A stretch of DNA of 64,000 nt from Azolla caroliniana (Eukaryota; Plantae; Polypodiophyta). The stretch covers positions 9,982,001 to 10,046,000 of the forward strand of contig JBHGNT010000010.1 in the NCBI GenBank assembly GCA_043228905.1, given 5' to 3'. The notes under the pieces were generated by a model. It searched no databases, had not been told where the DNA came from, and saw nothing but the letters and a program-made list of their open reading frames with translations. Below are positions 40,801 to 52,022 of the stretch, piece after piece. How positions within the stretch are numbered: the stretch's first letter is position 1; the number at the start of each line of letters is the position of its first letter. Both the position numbers and the translations under genes were made by a program.

Positions 40801-43297
40801 CGGTTAGCACTCGAGGATCCGGCCGAAGACGGTGAAGAAACAGAACCGGCCGAGGAAGATGAAACTGATACCGGAACCGGCCCCGATCCCGAAATGGATT
40901 CGGATGAAGAGGAAACGGAGGAGCCGGTTACCGAAGCTCCGGAATGGAGATATCCTCTAAGAGAGAGAAGGGCCCCCCGGAGATTTCCGGAACCAGAGCA
41001 CGTGCTACTAACCGACGAAGGGGAGCCGGAGAGTTTTGAAGAAGCAAAGCTTGACACCCATAGCCGCAGGTGGTTAAGTGCCATGCAGGAGGAGATGGAT
41101 TCCCTGCATGAGAACCACACATATGAACTTGTGGAGTTGCCGAAAGGAAAGCGGGCACTTCGAAACAAGTGGGTGTTCAAGCTGAAACCGGGAGATGCCG
41201 GAAACCCCCCGAGATACAAAGCCAGGATCGTGGTGAAGGGGTTTCAGCAGAAGAAGGGCGTCGATTTCGACGAGATATTTGCCCCGATAGTGAAGATGAC
41301 CTCCATCCGGACGGTGCTGAGCATAGCGGCAAGCATGGACCTCGAGGTAGAACAGATGGACGTGAAGACGACATTCCTTCATGGTGACCTCGAAGAAGAG
41401 ATCTACATGCAGCAACCGGAAGGATTCGAGAAGAAAGGGAAGGAGCACCTGGTATGCCGGTTGAAGAAGAGCCTTTACGGACTGAAGCAGGCTCCCCGGC
41501 AATGGTACCAGAAGTTCGACTCTTTCATGACCGACGAAGGGTACCACAAAACGCAGTCCGATCACTGCGTGTTTGTGAAGAAGTTCGAAGGAGGAGACTT
41601 TCTAATACTCCTCCTGTACGTGGACGACATGTTGATCGTCGGACGGGACCAGGTCAAGATACGGATGCTGAAGAAAGCGCTTCACCGAACCTTCTCAATG
41701 AAGGACCTGGGTCCGGCGAGGCAAATACTAGGGATGCACATCATCCGGGACCGGAAGAAGAAGCAGTTGTGGCTGTCACAGGAGAAGTACGTGACAAAGG
41801 TGCTTCACCGTTTCAACATGTCGGAAGCAAGACCGGTCGGGTCAACCCTCCCGGCAAACTGCAAGTTGTCCAGCAAGCAAAGCCCCAAGACAAAGGCTGA
41901 GAAGGAGGACATGATGAAAGTACCATATGCCTCTGCCGTCGGAAGCTTGATGTACGCAATGGTGTGTACAAGACCGGACATAGGATATGCAGTCGGAGTG
42001 GTGAGCCGGTACATGAGCAATCCCGGCAAAGAGCACTGGAACGCGGCCAAGTGGATACTCCGATACCTGAAGGGCACGGCAAACGTGTGCCTCCGATTCG
42101 GCTCCAGTAAGCCCGAACTCGACGGCTTTACCGATTCGGATATGTCGGCTGATGCAGATACCAGCCGGTCCACATCAGGGTATGTGATGACGTATGCAGG
42201 GGGAGTTGTTTCGTGGCAGTCGAGGCTGCAGAAGACGGTTGCGTTGTCAACCACGGAGGCGGAGTACATGGCGGTTGTTGAAGCCAGCAAGGAAATAATA
42301 TGGATGAAGGACTTCATTAGAGAGCTCGGTATCCGGCAGGAGGAGTACCAACTCTACTGCGACAGTCAGAGTGCCATCCACCTTGCGAAGAACGCGGCCT
42401 ATCACTCCCGGACGAAGCACATCCAGCGAAGATATCACTGGATCCGGGAAAGGATAGAAGACCAGGAGTTCGTGCTGACGAAGATCCACACGGACGAGAA
42501 CGGGTCAGATATGCTGACCAAAGTGCTCACACCCGACAAGCTGGAAGCGTGCCGGAAGAGGGTCGAACTGGAAAGACATCCCATGCCGAAGTGAAGGGGG
42601 AGTTTGTTGGGATTACGGTCCCTCCGGATGGGATGGTCGGATGTCCGGGAATCGGGAATGAAGACCCGAATGAGGAGTACCCGGTATCGGAGCCAGATGA
42701 TGATGACCCGATTCCGGAGCCGGATGATGAAGACCCGGTTCCGGATCCGGATGATGAAGACCCGGTTCCGGATCCGGATGATGAAGTCCCCGGCTACGGA
42801 GCCGGATGATGAAGACCTCGGCTACGGAGCCGGATGACGAATGTACCCGGAGAGAGATCCGGATGCGGGGACATATTTGTGAATATGTTTGCCAAGGGCC
42901 CTTGAGGCTATATTTGTAAATAGCCCGAAAGTCATATGTGTATAAATATGACTTAGGGCAAACAGTTTTGAGTTGTTACTCATTTTTCTGTTTTCCACTT
43001 AGAGAGAGTGAGAGAGAGAGAGAGAAAGGAAGAGGTCGACGCCTCTGTGTAATACCGCCGCCTGTGGTGAGGACAGCGAGCTCAAGGTCGTCGCCTTGCA
43101 ACTCGCCATTGTACATTCCCTGCGTATAGTGATAGTTGGAGTCTTGGACTCCCGTGGTTTTTTCCCGTCTAGGGTTTTCCACGCTAAACCCTTTGCATTC
43201 GAGTCTGTCTCTGTGTTTTCGATTTTCTGCTGCATTGATTCGTGTTTCCTCGGTTGTGGTCGAGAGGTGAAGGTTTTGAAAGCGTCAATTCCTAACA
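37853..43297 (+). mobile_element. Intact, recently inserted Ty1/copia retrotransposon (copia-3)
   Basis: LTRs 37853-38489 and 42605-43297 (TGTTGG...CTAACA), perfect 5-bp TSD CATGC, PBS TGGTATCAGAGC at 38493, PPT AAGGGGGAG, single uninterrupted ORF; ~9 substitutions plus one 56-bp indel between LTRs by eye. Confidence 0.97.
38521..42594 (+). CDS. Copia Gag-Pol polyprotein (gag, CCHC knuckle, protease, integrase, RT, RNase H), 1357 aa
   Basis: CFHCGKPRHFRKNC; WVVDSGASFH; WHKRLCH..CTDC; [16 protein letters not shown]; [19 protein letters not shown]; STTEAEY, CDSQSAI, RTKHI. Confidence 0.96.
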   Translation: MEGGSSGQPGMIVLNAQNYADWKIKMEDLLIVRDLYEPIDRSEIPKGVLEMEWRLLNRKAVATIRQYVDVSVLQHVANDTNAYEMWQKLSGLYERKNALNRTSLMRKIVNLKYRDGESMVEHVSTFMGFVNQLAAIKFPLEDAMQAIILMCTLPASWENLVVTLSTSCTEDNLSLQTVKTSILNEEARRRDKEPASDPKMLLTESDRGRQRNRSPQRREKSGTRSQSRGRPTCFHCGKPRHFRKNCRHYRKDNGADDTDSKKSSKRNGAYRGATDRNGSDRREQDRKGTTALAASEEEIMLITEEGELNIAGDETTWVVDSGASFHLTPERRYFSSYTAGEHGCVRMGNEGTCRIAGIGDVWLTTSTGCKMLLKDVRHVPEVRLNLISAGRLDDEGYTGSIRNGVMKFSKGSLIVARARKVNTLYLMNAWLYPEELNVAADTAGELWHKRLCHMSEKGMKRLAEDNLIPVKHVHLEKCTDCLAGKQNRTSFHSRPPTRRSAPLELVHTDVCQVETKSHGGAQYFVTFIDDHSRKLWMAPLKTKDQVLCVFKELHARVERESGKKLKAIRADNGGEYRGQFEEYCRSKGIRLEFTVPKTPNLNGLAERMNRTIMERVRSMLAHAKLPKGFWAEAMSTATYVINRSPSVPLDGDTPQRVWTGREASYRHLKVFGCLVYVHVAKDRRGKLDPKTRPCIFLGYGDDEFGYRVWDPVDKKIFRSRDIIFMEDKTLADWESEKKMKSSKSTSEDQLYEEQSRPARDRLALEDPAEDGEETEPAEEDETDTGTGPDPEMDSDEEETEEPVTEAPEWRYPLRERRAPRRFPEPEHVLLTDEGEPESFEEAKLDTHSRRWLSAMQEEMDSLHENHTYELVELPKGKRALRNKWVFKLKPGDAGNPPRYKARIVVKGFQQKKGVDFDEIFAPIVKMTSIRTVLSIAASMDLEVEQMDVKTTFLHGDLEEEIYMQQPEGFEKKGKEHLVCRLKKSLYGLKQAPRQWYQKFDSFMTDEGYHKTQSDHCVFVKKFEGGDFLILLLYVDDMLIVGRDQVKIRMLKKALHRTFSMKDLGPARQILGMHIIRDRKKKQLWLSQEKYVTKVLHRFNMSEARPVGSTLPANCKLSSKQSPKTKAEKEDMMKVPYASAVGSLMYAMVCTRPDIGYAVGVVSRYMSNPGKEHWNAAKWILRYLKGTANVCLRFGSSKPELDGFTDSDMSADADTSRSTSGYVMTYAGGVVSWQSRLQKTVALSTTEAEYMAVVEASKEIIWMKDFIRELGIRQEEYQLYCDSQSAIHLAKNAAYHSRTKHIQRRYHWIRERIEDQEFVLTKIHTDENGSDMLTKVLTPDKLEACRKRVELERHPMPK

Positions 43298-46200
43298 CAT
43301 GCGTGCGTCCCGACCGCGTCGTGTACGCATCCGCGCACTCGTCCATACACACGCATACGCCCGAAACATCCACGCGGTTGTGCACGCGTACGCCCGAAAC
43401 TTGCACACGTGTGTACATCCGAAAATGTCGACGCGCGCATACGTCCAAAAACATCCATGCAGCCGTGCACACATGTGTACACCCGAAGTGTTAACACAAC
43501 CACGCATACGCACGTACGCCCAAAGCGAGCACACCACACAAAGTAGCCCAAGTCACCTTGAACATTCTATGCTCCACACATTGATAAAATGAATATGTTT
43601 TGGTTTCCCTTATATATCTTGGGTTCCAATGTTGTCCTATCTATGTGGGATATCTCATAGTTTTGTCTTTTCTTTCTTCTTCTTGAAACTTTACACTCAC
43701 ATAATTTGATACTTGTTTATCAGTTTCATGCGTAGTAAAATATGCTATGAAGCTCTTGAAGACATCTATCTATATGAATACATTAAGCTAATCTTAAATA
43801 ATTGTTTACTAGTTTTCATATCGTGTGTGAAAAACCACATGACATTCACCCCCACCAAACCTGCACATCCACCGGTATGTGCCAATTGTAGTGAGGTTCC
43901 TCTTTTAATTACTCTTTTTCAACCTCGATGTTCGAGGCTATATCATCTAGAGCTTCGATCCCAAGATTTGGGGCCTCTCTTCTCTTAAAGATCTTGATTC
44001 TTTTTCCTGCAATTGGCAAAGCAAGTCGAGTTCCATCTAACTCCGCTAAAAAATAGGTTGCATTACTTTCTATTTTCTTGACCATATATGGGCCAAACCA
44101 TTGTTTCGCGAACTTTCGAGCAGTGCTATATTGATTATCGAGACTACTATCATAGACAAGAACCCAATCTCCTTCTTCAATTTTTCTTTGTCGAAGACGA
44201 TGCTTTCTATCAAAATATTCCTTGTTCTTCAATCGAGCTTGGCGCAACCGTTCTATTGCCAACTCAACATCTTCGGGCCTTCATTCTAATTGTTGAATCC
44301 TTGTGGCTAGCAAGTCTTCCCGACTCATTTCCTCTTGCCATGGCAAAGATGTCCACGAAGCAACACTTTGCTCAATAGGCATTATTGGTTTTTGTCCTAA
44401 TATGAGTTCAATGAGCATATATCCCATAGTCGTGCTATGTGTAGTTCTATCTGCCTACAATGCATAAGGTAGTAATCGTGGCCAATTTCCCATCTTGCCG
44501 TCACAAGCCTTTGCTAGAGCTTTTACAATTGGACTATGTCCTCGTTCCACCTTCCCATTTGCGTCCGGGTTGTATGCCATGGTGAGCGATAATTTGACGC
44601 CTATTCTTAAAAAGAACTCTTTAGCTTCATTCGCATCTAATTCTCCCCTATCGGCTACTATTTTGCCGACACATCCGTATCGACAAATAACATCTTCAAG
44701 GAGAAACTTACAAACCGCCGAAGTTGTTTTATTCCTTAGCGCCCGTCCTTCTACTTGGTTGGTGAGATCCTCTCTTGCTAGCACGAGATACTTCATTTGC
44801 CCCAATCCCATCGACATAACCATGTCTACCAACCACTTATAGTGCATTGATAATGGATATGTCGGATGAAGTTCATCCCTATGTTGAATATTCGAGTATA
44901 ATTGGCATCGCTCACATGTTTCAACATAGCTTGCTACATCTTTGTAAACACCCGACCACCAATACTTCTCCTTGAGCTTTGCAAATGTTGCCCATATACC
45001 TCGATGACCTGCCCACACACTATCATGAAATTTAGCAATTAGTGTTTGTTGATCTTGTTTCTTGCACACCACTCGAAGTGGAGTTCCATTCTTCTTCCTT
45101 GGAAACTTCCATAGATGTCCTTTGAGGAAGAACTTGTAGGCCTTCTTCCTAATTCGGTAGAAGTCTTCCTTTGACCATGATTCATCCTTTGTAAGAGAGC
45201 TTAAGTACTTGCCAATTTCGACAAATTCACCCTCATAATCTTCTACTTTAAACACGGCAAGCACCCGAGCACAAGAAACCATAAAAAAGTTTAGGCCAAC
45301 ATCTTCTTCGTCAGAGTGCAAATCTTCTTCACCCTCATACCTTGCCCTTGATAACATATCGGCCACCACATTATGCTTCCCATTTATATGTCGAATCTCG
45401 GGGTTGAGGGACTTGATATAGGCAATCCATTGCAGCATAGCAATATCTGGTGTAGCACAACCGGATATCATTCCAAGAATAGGCAGACAATCAGTCTCAA
45501 TTATGACCTCTGTTCCGATAAGGTAGTCACGATCAGTTTTAACTACGGATACTATTCCCCATAACTCTCTCTTTACTTGGGCATACTTCCTTTGTCTTTC
45601 AGTTAACACCTTTGCACCGAATCAGATTGCATACCGATTCTTTTCTTTATCTTCTTGGTTTATCACCCATCCAATTCCGATTGGGCTTGTATCCACCGTC
45701 ACATATATCAGGGTACCTTCGGTGTAGTCGGCTTTTCGCAGTGCCGGAGCTTCCAATAATAGTTTCTTTAGCTTTTGAACCGCGTAGGTATGCTCATCTT
45801 CCCATTCAAAATTCTTTCTTTTCTTTAGTAATCCATACAATGGTTCAACGACATGAGCATAATGTGGAATCCATATGTGATAGAATGCCCATGCTCCCAA
45901 GAATCTTCGCACCTCTGTTTGAGACACACATTCTTCTTTCATCTCTTGAATAGTGTTCACCTTGGATGGAGATGGCTTCCGGCCATAAGACCCACATAAG
46001 TGTCCTACTACCAATATTTCTGGTTGACCGAATGCAGACTTCTCTCCCGAAAACGTGAGATTTGCATCCTCAAGCTTTTGCAACACCTTCTCGCTATCCT
46101 TTATATGATCGATGACGAATCTTTGGCAACCATCTTCATCTTTTTCTTCCACCAAGCATCCTTTGATTTGAATATCATCTAAGAAGGGCATTGTGATATC

Positions 46201-47225
46201 AACGATACAATCTCTCAACACTTTGTTCATGGCATTCACCAACCCGATCGGCGTCCTCATTATCGTTATGTCTCTACTATCGACGGCCAATTGAAATTGA
46301 TCATAGCTCGAGTAGAGATCACCAATGGAATAGATCGATCTTCCCATGAAGGCTTCGGCAAATTCATCCACACTTGGACCAATTCCGGCATTTCGGCACC
46401 GTAAACCATCTATTGGAGTAGGGGGCATTGGACGGCTCAAGTATTCCCATCCTAACCTTTTCCTTTAGAATCTCAATCAACTTCGGAATGTGAGCTCTTG
46501 GAACCGGTATCGGCTTGAGGTTCCAAGGTACATGCGGCACTGTAAAAATCACCATCGACTCTATCATCTTCGGGTCGGCACATCCGATCTCTTGTGGAGA
46601 GAAGGCAAAGGCTTTCCCATGTCTCTCAGGCATTCCACGGAACATTCTCTCCTCTTTAGGGAGAAGGAAATCTTCCCTTCCAACTTGTAGCTTTCCTTTC
46701 GTCTCTTTGGTGAAGACATGACTTATTGCCTTTGGATCCCTTAAGCTCAGATCATTAGCAACTTCCTTCATCTTCTACCAGCTATCTTCCGGTAGAGGAA
46801 CCACAACTGGCTTGATCTTCTTATCCACCGTTTTATATTTTGTGTTGACTTCAGCTTCCTCCATCAAGATGCCTCAATGATATTCATCGATGATAGCGTA
46901 CATGTTGATGGAGTTAACCGAAATCACATTTTGATCGTGAGGGTAGCTCAAGTCCACGCTTCCTCGATTTTGCCGATGGTGTCGTTAAATGAGGCTTCCT
47001 CTAGAATATGAGACACAAATTCTTCTTCTTCGATTATGCTTTCTTCTTTCAGCATCTTCTCAAAGTCTTGTATCCGACACTTGTCCTTCTTGTTGAGTAG
47101 TGTTAGTTTACATGCGCCACTAGGTGTCACACATGTTGCTTCTCCTTGCGATCCACTTATTTCGCTTCCTTGTGGGGACTTATGATTGCTTGGACTATTT
47201 GTGCCCCACGCTTCAATAGTTCGCT

Positions 47226-47236
47226 CTAAAAATCCA
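47226..47236 (-). promoter_or_regulatory. Putative -1 ribosomal frameshift site (G GAT TTT TAG) of gypsy B
   Basis: The gag-PR frame ends ...GGESLDF*; the -1 frame is open from GGA TTT TTA GAG to 46948. Confidence 0.65.
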
Positions 47237-49440
47237 AGGATTCGCCTCCAAGGCTATCTCGGTTCCTTTCGTGATTAGCCCGCCCCGTAAGGAATTGAAC
47301 AGACCTTTGATTGTCAAGGCTCTTGACTCGCGCGAAGGCCGCTCCATTATCGAACACCTTAGTCTCCATCTAGGACGATGTGATATATGGTTGTCCTAGG
47401 ATGACGAGATGTGAAGCCAAGTCTTGCACGAAGAAGTGTTGATCCATCTCCACATCTCCGATCGTGACTTTAACATTGGGGCAAGCTCCGTACAGGTCTT
47501 CCGTGGCCTTCGTTGCCACTCGTATCTTCCATCCGTGGTTTGTGTTAATCGGCCATCTTCCTTTCTTATAGAATTCGGTCGACATGAGGTTAATCTCTGA
47601 ACCATGGTCAATCAAAGATACCACGGTCTCTTTCTTCTCTCCGATCTTCACCGGCGTCTCTGTTGTCACTCTTGCCCAATGAGGCCGAGAGTAATGGATG
47701 TCCGCCATCACTTCTTCTTCCTCCTCCTCTTCTGATCTTGCCATAGTTATGGCACTTGTTTTCACCTCCTCTTCATCCGCTTGTTGCCGCTTCCGTTTAA
47801 TCAAGTCCATGATAGTATCGTGGAACTCCTTCTTAGCGATCCCAAGTAGCTCTCTCAAAGTAAGGTCGACATGACTGTCTAAAACCTTCTCCTCAAGGAC
47901 CTTCCGCAAGTCGGTTGTTTGTTCTATGTCCTACCTTAGCTTGTAAGTCGGCGCCGCTCGTTCCTTTCCTTTCTTCACAGATTCATCAACTTCCATCCGA
48001 GAAGGTTGGCTCGATCCATCGAGCTTCATGCTTGTTTCTCCTATCTCTTTTCGTGGCGCAGGTTGGGCTTGTCCTTCTTTCCTTGCATTCCTCGTATTAT
48101 GATGCTTTGATGTGCCATCTTTTTCATTGGTTCTTTTCCTCTTCTCTTCAACAAGAGCTTCATAGTTGTCACACACAACCTCCGCAAAGCTTGTGTTATC
48201 GTCGACTGGATCCGACCATCCGGTAACTCGTCGCACATTCCGATCAACATGTTTTAGATCCTCCAAATCTATTTTTCCTTTTTTTTCATACTCGAATACT
48301 GTTGGCCAAAACCCAACTCCCGGCTTGATCGTCTTTAGATTCTCTCTTCCGACTCGTATTCCCGCCGATGCGGCGTAGTGCATGGCTTCCACATGCCTTG
48401 CATCTTCCTCTTCCACGATCTTTTTCAGGCCGCCTCTTCCGAAGTTCACTCGTAGTGGCTTTCGGGTCTCACTCGAGTGGATCATGTTACCGTCCAAATA
48501 GACGACATTCTTGCGAATCGCGTCTTGCAAGTCAGTGCACTCCCTTCGCGAGTGCTCGAAGCTATCGCACCACACACATCTATACGCTTCTTTTCCCTTG
48601 GGTCCGGGTCAACCTACGTTAGCCAACGATACCGCTTCAAACTTTGTGGAGAGCTCTTTGATTATGGATTCTTCCATCGCTTTCTTGTTGAAATTGTTGA
48701 TCGGCTTGCTAGGCTCAATCGTCATAGGCGCCTTCCTCCTCCACGATTGTGGATTCTCCATATCGGTTTCCTCTTGCCATTGTCGACGCTTATCAAGACG
48801 GCTACAAGCCTTCTTCACTGCCGCCTAGTCCGCTACCAAGCCATTTGGTTGTGTTTCATCCTCCAAAAAGTTACCCAATTCACGCCGATCTTTCGCATCC
48901 ACTGCCTTTAGGAATAGCAGGACTTTATCTCCATCGAGAACTCGTTGATCAACACTCGGAAGTCGGTTATACTTCTGGTCGAATTTGGCATATACTCCAA
49001 ACATTCACATATTCTTCCCTTTCTTCTCGATCCAAGACATTAGCGTATGTCGAGTCATCCTTGATGCGTCTTCAAGCATGTATTCAACGAGAAGCACCTT
49101 TTTGAACTCCGCCCAAGTTGCATGCTCGTTTTGGATCTCCATGACGCGCTCGCGGATCCCTGGTTCCACCACACGTTTGAAGCTAGAAATTTGTTTGAGA
49201 TCATTGACATCCCTTTCTTGCATCTCGTTCCGATAGGTAGCAAGAAAATCCGTGATGTTCTTGCCACCAAATCGTCCAGCTATCTCGACCGTACGATCAA
49301 CAACTTTGTCGATTAAAGCTTCTCGATCTCTCACCTTCAACATGTATTCCACTATGGACACCATGCCTTTCGTTAATTCCTCTCCTTGAGTTCCGCTTGT
49401 GGAAGCCATCGTTGCACTTGATATCCTTCCTACCACCTCT

Positions 49441-49458
49441 TTCACGTCGGGTTCACCA
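49441..49458 (-). promoter_or_regulatory. Primer binding site complementary to tRNA-Trp 3' end
   Basis: Plus strand TTCACGTCGGGTTCACCA matches my recollection of the 3' 18 nt of plant cytosolic tRNA-Trp including CCA; lies 8 nt from the LTR. Confidence 0.85.
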
Positions 49459-49689
49459 CTTAATTATGTCATGAAAATCCGTCACTATGTGCGGATCGCG
49501 AGGCGGAACCGCCAGGGTTCTGGACTAGAAGGATTTAGTGCAACACGTACAACACAAACAAAATTCACATATAAGACGAGTAGATGAGAGAAAACGTTCA
49601 TTTATAGCATAAGAAAATAAATTCTTTTATATTTCAAGAATCTTGTTACAACGGGTTGGAGATGAAAATGAGAGATAATTTTTTTTAAA

Positions 49690-50037
49690 GAAAGGAGCCA
49701 ACAACCATGTAAGGAGTGGTCCAATATGAATATGAGAGATTATTCTTGAAAGGAAGGAGCCAACAACCATGTAAGGAGTGGTCCGATATGAATAAGAGAG
49801 ATTATTCTTGAAAGGAAGGAGCCAACAACCATGTAAGGAGTGGTCCGATATGAATAAGAGAGATTATTCTTGAAAGGAAGGAGCCAACAACCATGTAAGG
49901 AGTGGTTCGATATGAATAAGAGAGATTATTCTTGAAAGGAAGGAGCCAACAACCATATAAGGAGTGGTCTGATATAAATAAGAGAGATTATTCTTGAAAG
50001 GAAGGAGCCAACAACCATGTAAGGAGTGGTCCGATAT
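49690..50037. repeat. 62-bp tandem array (~5.6 copies) in the 5' LTR of gypsy B
   Basis: Same unit as 37032-37380, with several point variants. Confidence 0.95.
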
Positions 50038-52022
50038 CAATATGATAGAGATTTCTTCCCCAAGGAATGGGAGAGAGAAGAAGAAGGGAAAAAAATAGTA
50101 GAGGCTAAAAAATGGAACATATATTCAACTCTTTGTTGATCCTCCTCCCCCAATGTTACTTTGCATGTCCACTTTTAGTTGCATGGCCTCTATTTTTAGT
50201 TGCATGCCTTTTACTTTTAGTTGCATGGCCTTGGCTTTTAGTTGCATGTGACCGTCCGTATAATTTGGCCAAATGACCCAATCATCCGTAAAGTTTAGCC
50301 CGTGTGCAATCCGTACGTGCGTCGCAACCAAACCGTAGACGTGTCCGCGCGCAAAAGTCTCGACCACGCAATGTACGCATCCATGCATGCGCACGTCTCG
50401 ACCGCACCGTGTACGCATCTGTGTGCTTGTCCGCACACACGCGTCTGTCTGAAACGTCCACGCGGCCGTGCGCAAAATTCCTGACCACGTCGTGTATGCA
50501 TCTGTGCGCTTGTCCGAAAATGTCCACGCGCACATACGTCCACACGGTCATTCACACATGCATACACCCGAAGCGTTAACACAACCACACATACACGCAC
50601 GTATGCTCGAAGCGTGCACACCACACAATGTAGCCCAAGTCACCTTGAACATTCTATGCTCCACACATTGATAAAATGAATATGTTTTGGTTTCCCTTAT
50701 ATATCTTGGGTTCCAATGTTGTCCTATCTATGTGGGATATCTCACAGTTTTGTCTTTTTTTTCTTCTTCTTGAAACTTTACACTCAGATAACTTGATACT
50801 TGTTTATCCGTTTCATGCGTAGTAAAATACGCTATAAAGCTCTTGAAGACATCTATCTATATGAATACATTAAGCTAATCTTAAATAATTGTTTACTAGT
50901 TTTCATATCGTGTGTGAAAAACCACACGACACCGCGCATCCTCTAGCTTTTGCAACACTTTCTCACAGTCATCGATGTGGTCCACTACGAATCTTCGGCA
51001 CCCTTCCAACCTAATTGTTTCATCCTTCTCTCCCACCGGACACCCCTTTATCGGGATGTCGTCCAGGAATGGCACGGTGATGTCTGGGATGCAGTCCCTC
51101 AGCACCTTGTTCATTGCGTTCACCATGTGCGCCACCGAGTTGGTCCCTCCTTGCGGTAGGGTACACATCCGTACTAGCCCGAGAGGAGTCCGCATCGTCG
51201 TAATGTCCCTGCTTTCCACGGCTAGTTGGAACTGATCGTACCCTGAGTACAGATCGCTGACCGAATAGATCGACCTTCCAATGAAGGCCTCCGCGAACTC
51301 GTCAATGGTCGGTCCGATTCCGGCGTTCTGAATGGTCACCTTGTTGACCGACTGCAGGTCCTGAATGAAGCGCAACGTGCCGTTCTTCTTCGGCACGGTA
51401 AACCACCGATTTGAATACGGGGCACTCAACGGCTCGAGGATGCCCATCTTCACCTTTTTACATCTTTTATGATTTGGCCCTAGTGAAGTAAGGGACGCTT
51501 TATTTCCCCATTAAGAATATAGCTAAGAGTTTGTGAGTCACATGGCAGCTACGATTCTTTTCGAATTTTCGGAGAGAAAGCCTCAAAAAATAGTCGAGTT
51601 AGAATGTTTATTTCTCCAAATGCCTCGAGTTTTTCGTTCTTTCCTCAAAGATACAATCGGATTCATTTCCCTTGTATCCCGAGAAAGTGTGTAGATGTGT
51701 GATTCTAGCAATTAATTATACGGAGAAAGTTCATCGAGATCGAGTGATGATATGGTCACAAGTTGTGCTTATCTTTTTGTTGATTAATATTTTGTATTGT
51801 TCAAAAGGGGCACCTGCCAATCTTATCGATTTTCTTGGTGGTGGGACAAGGGGGGCTTATATGGACAAAATGGAAATACATATATCTCATTCATACATTA
51901 CATATAAAGAGAAACCTCACTCTTTTTGTTGGGATTGTAAGTTTATTCTGGAATCAATCGTCTTCTCTGTTGTTGTTTCTACTGTCTTTTTTGTTTTTTT
52001 AATTACCTTCACCATTACCAAC

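Larger units (their letters stand above)
36837..50931 (-). mobile_element. Ty3/gypsy element B, full length but decayed, long repeat-rich LTRs, tRNA-Trp PBS
   Basis: LTRs 49467-50931 (5') and 36837-43844 (3', interrupted by copia-3); gag from ATG 49409, PR LIDHGSEIN, RT PFLDDI, RH, IN to ~43910; PPT GGTTTGGTGGGGGTGAA; flanks CCGT/CCGC. Confidence 0.93.
33806..51458 (-). mobile_element. Ty3/gypsy element A (FLDD-type RT), decayed and 5'-truncated, split by element B
   Basis: 3' LTR 33806-34565 (TGTCGTG...CACGACA), PPT at ~34566-34582, IN/RH/RT fragments 34727-36836; RT continues at 50932-51458 (EKVLQKLEDAR joins LTFSGEKS). Confidence 0.9.

Noticed and set aside
38574-42489. Many antisense and overlapping ORFs
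   Set aside because: Expected shadows of a GC-rich intact polyprotein; no domain signal.
51672-52022. N-terminal membrane extension of the epoxide hydrolase
   Set aside because: The ORF begins at a TTG and reads through T-rich upstream sequence; the homologous protein starts at ATG 52023 or 52026.
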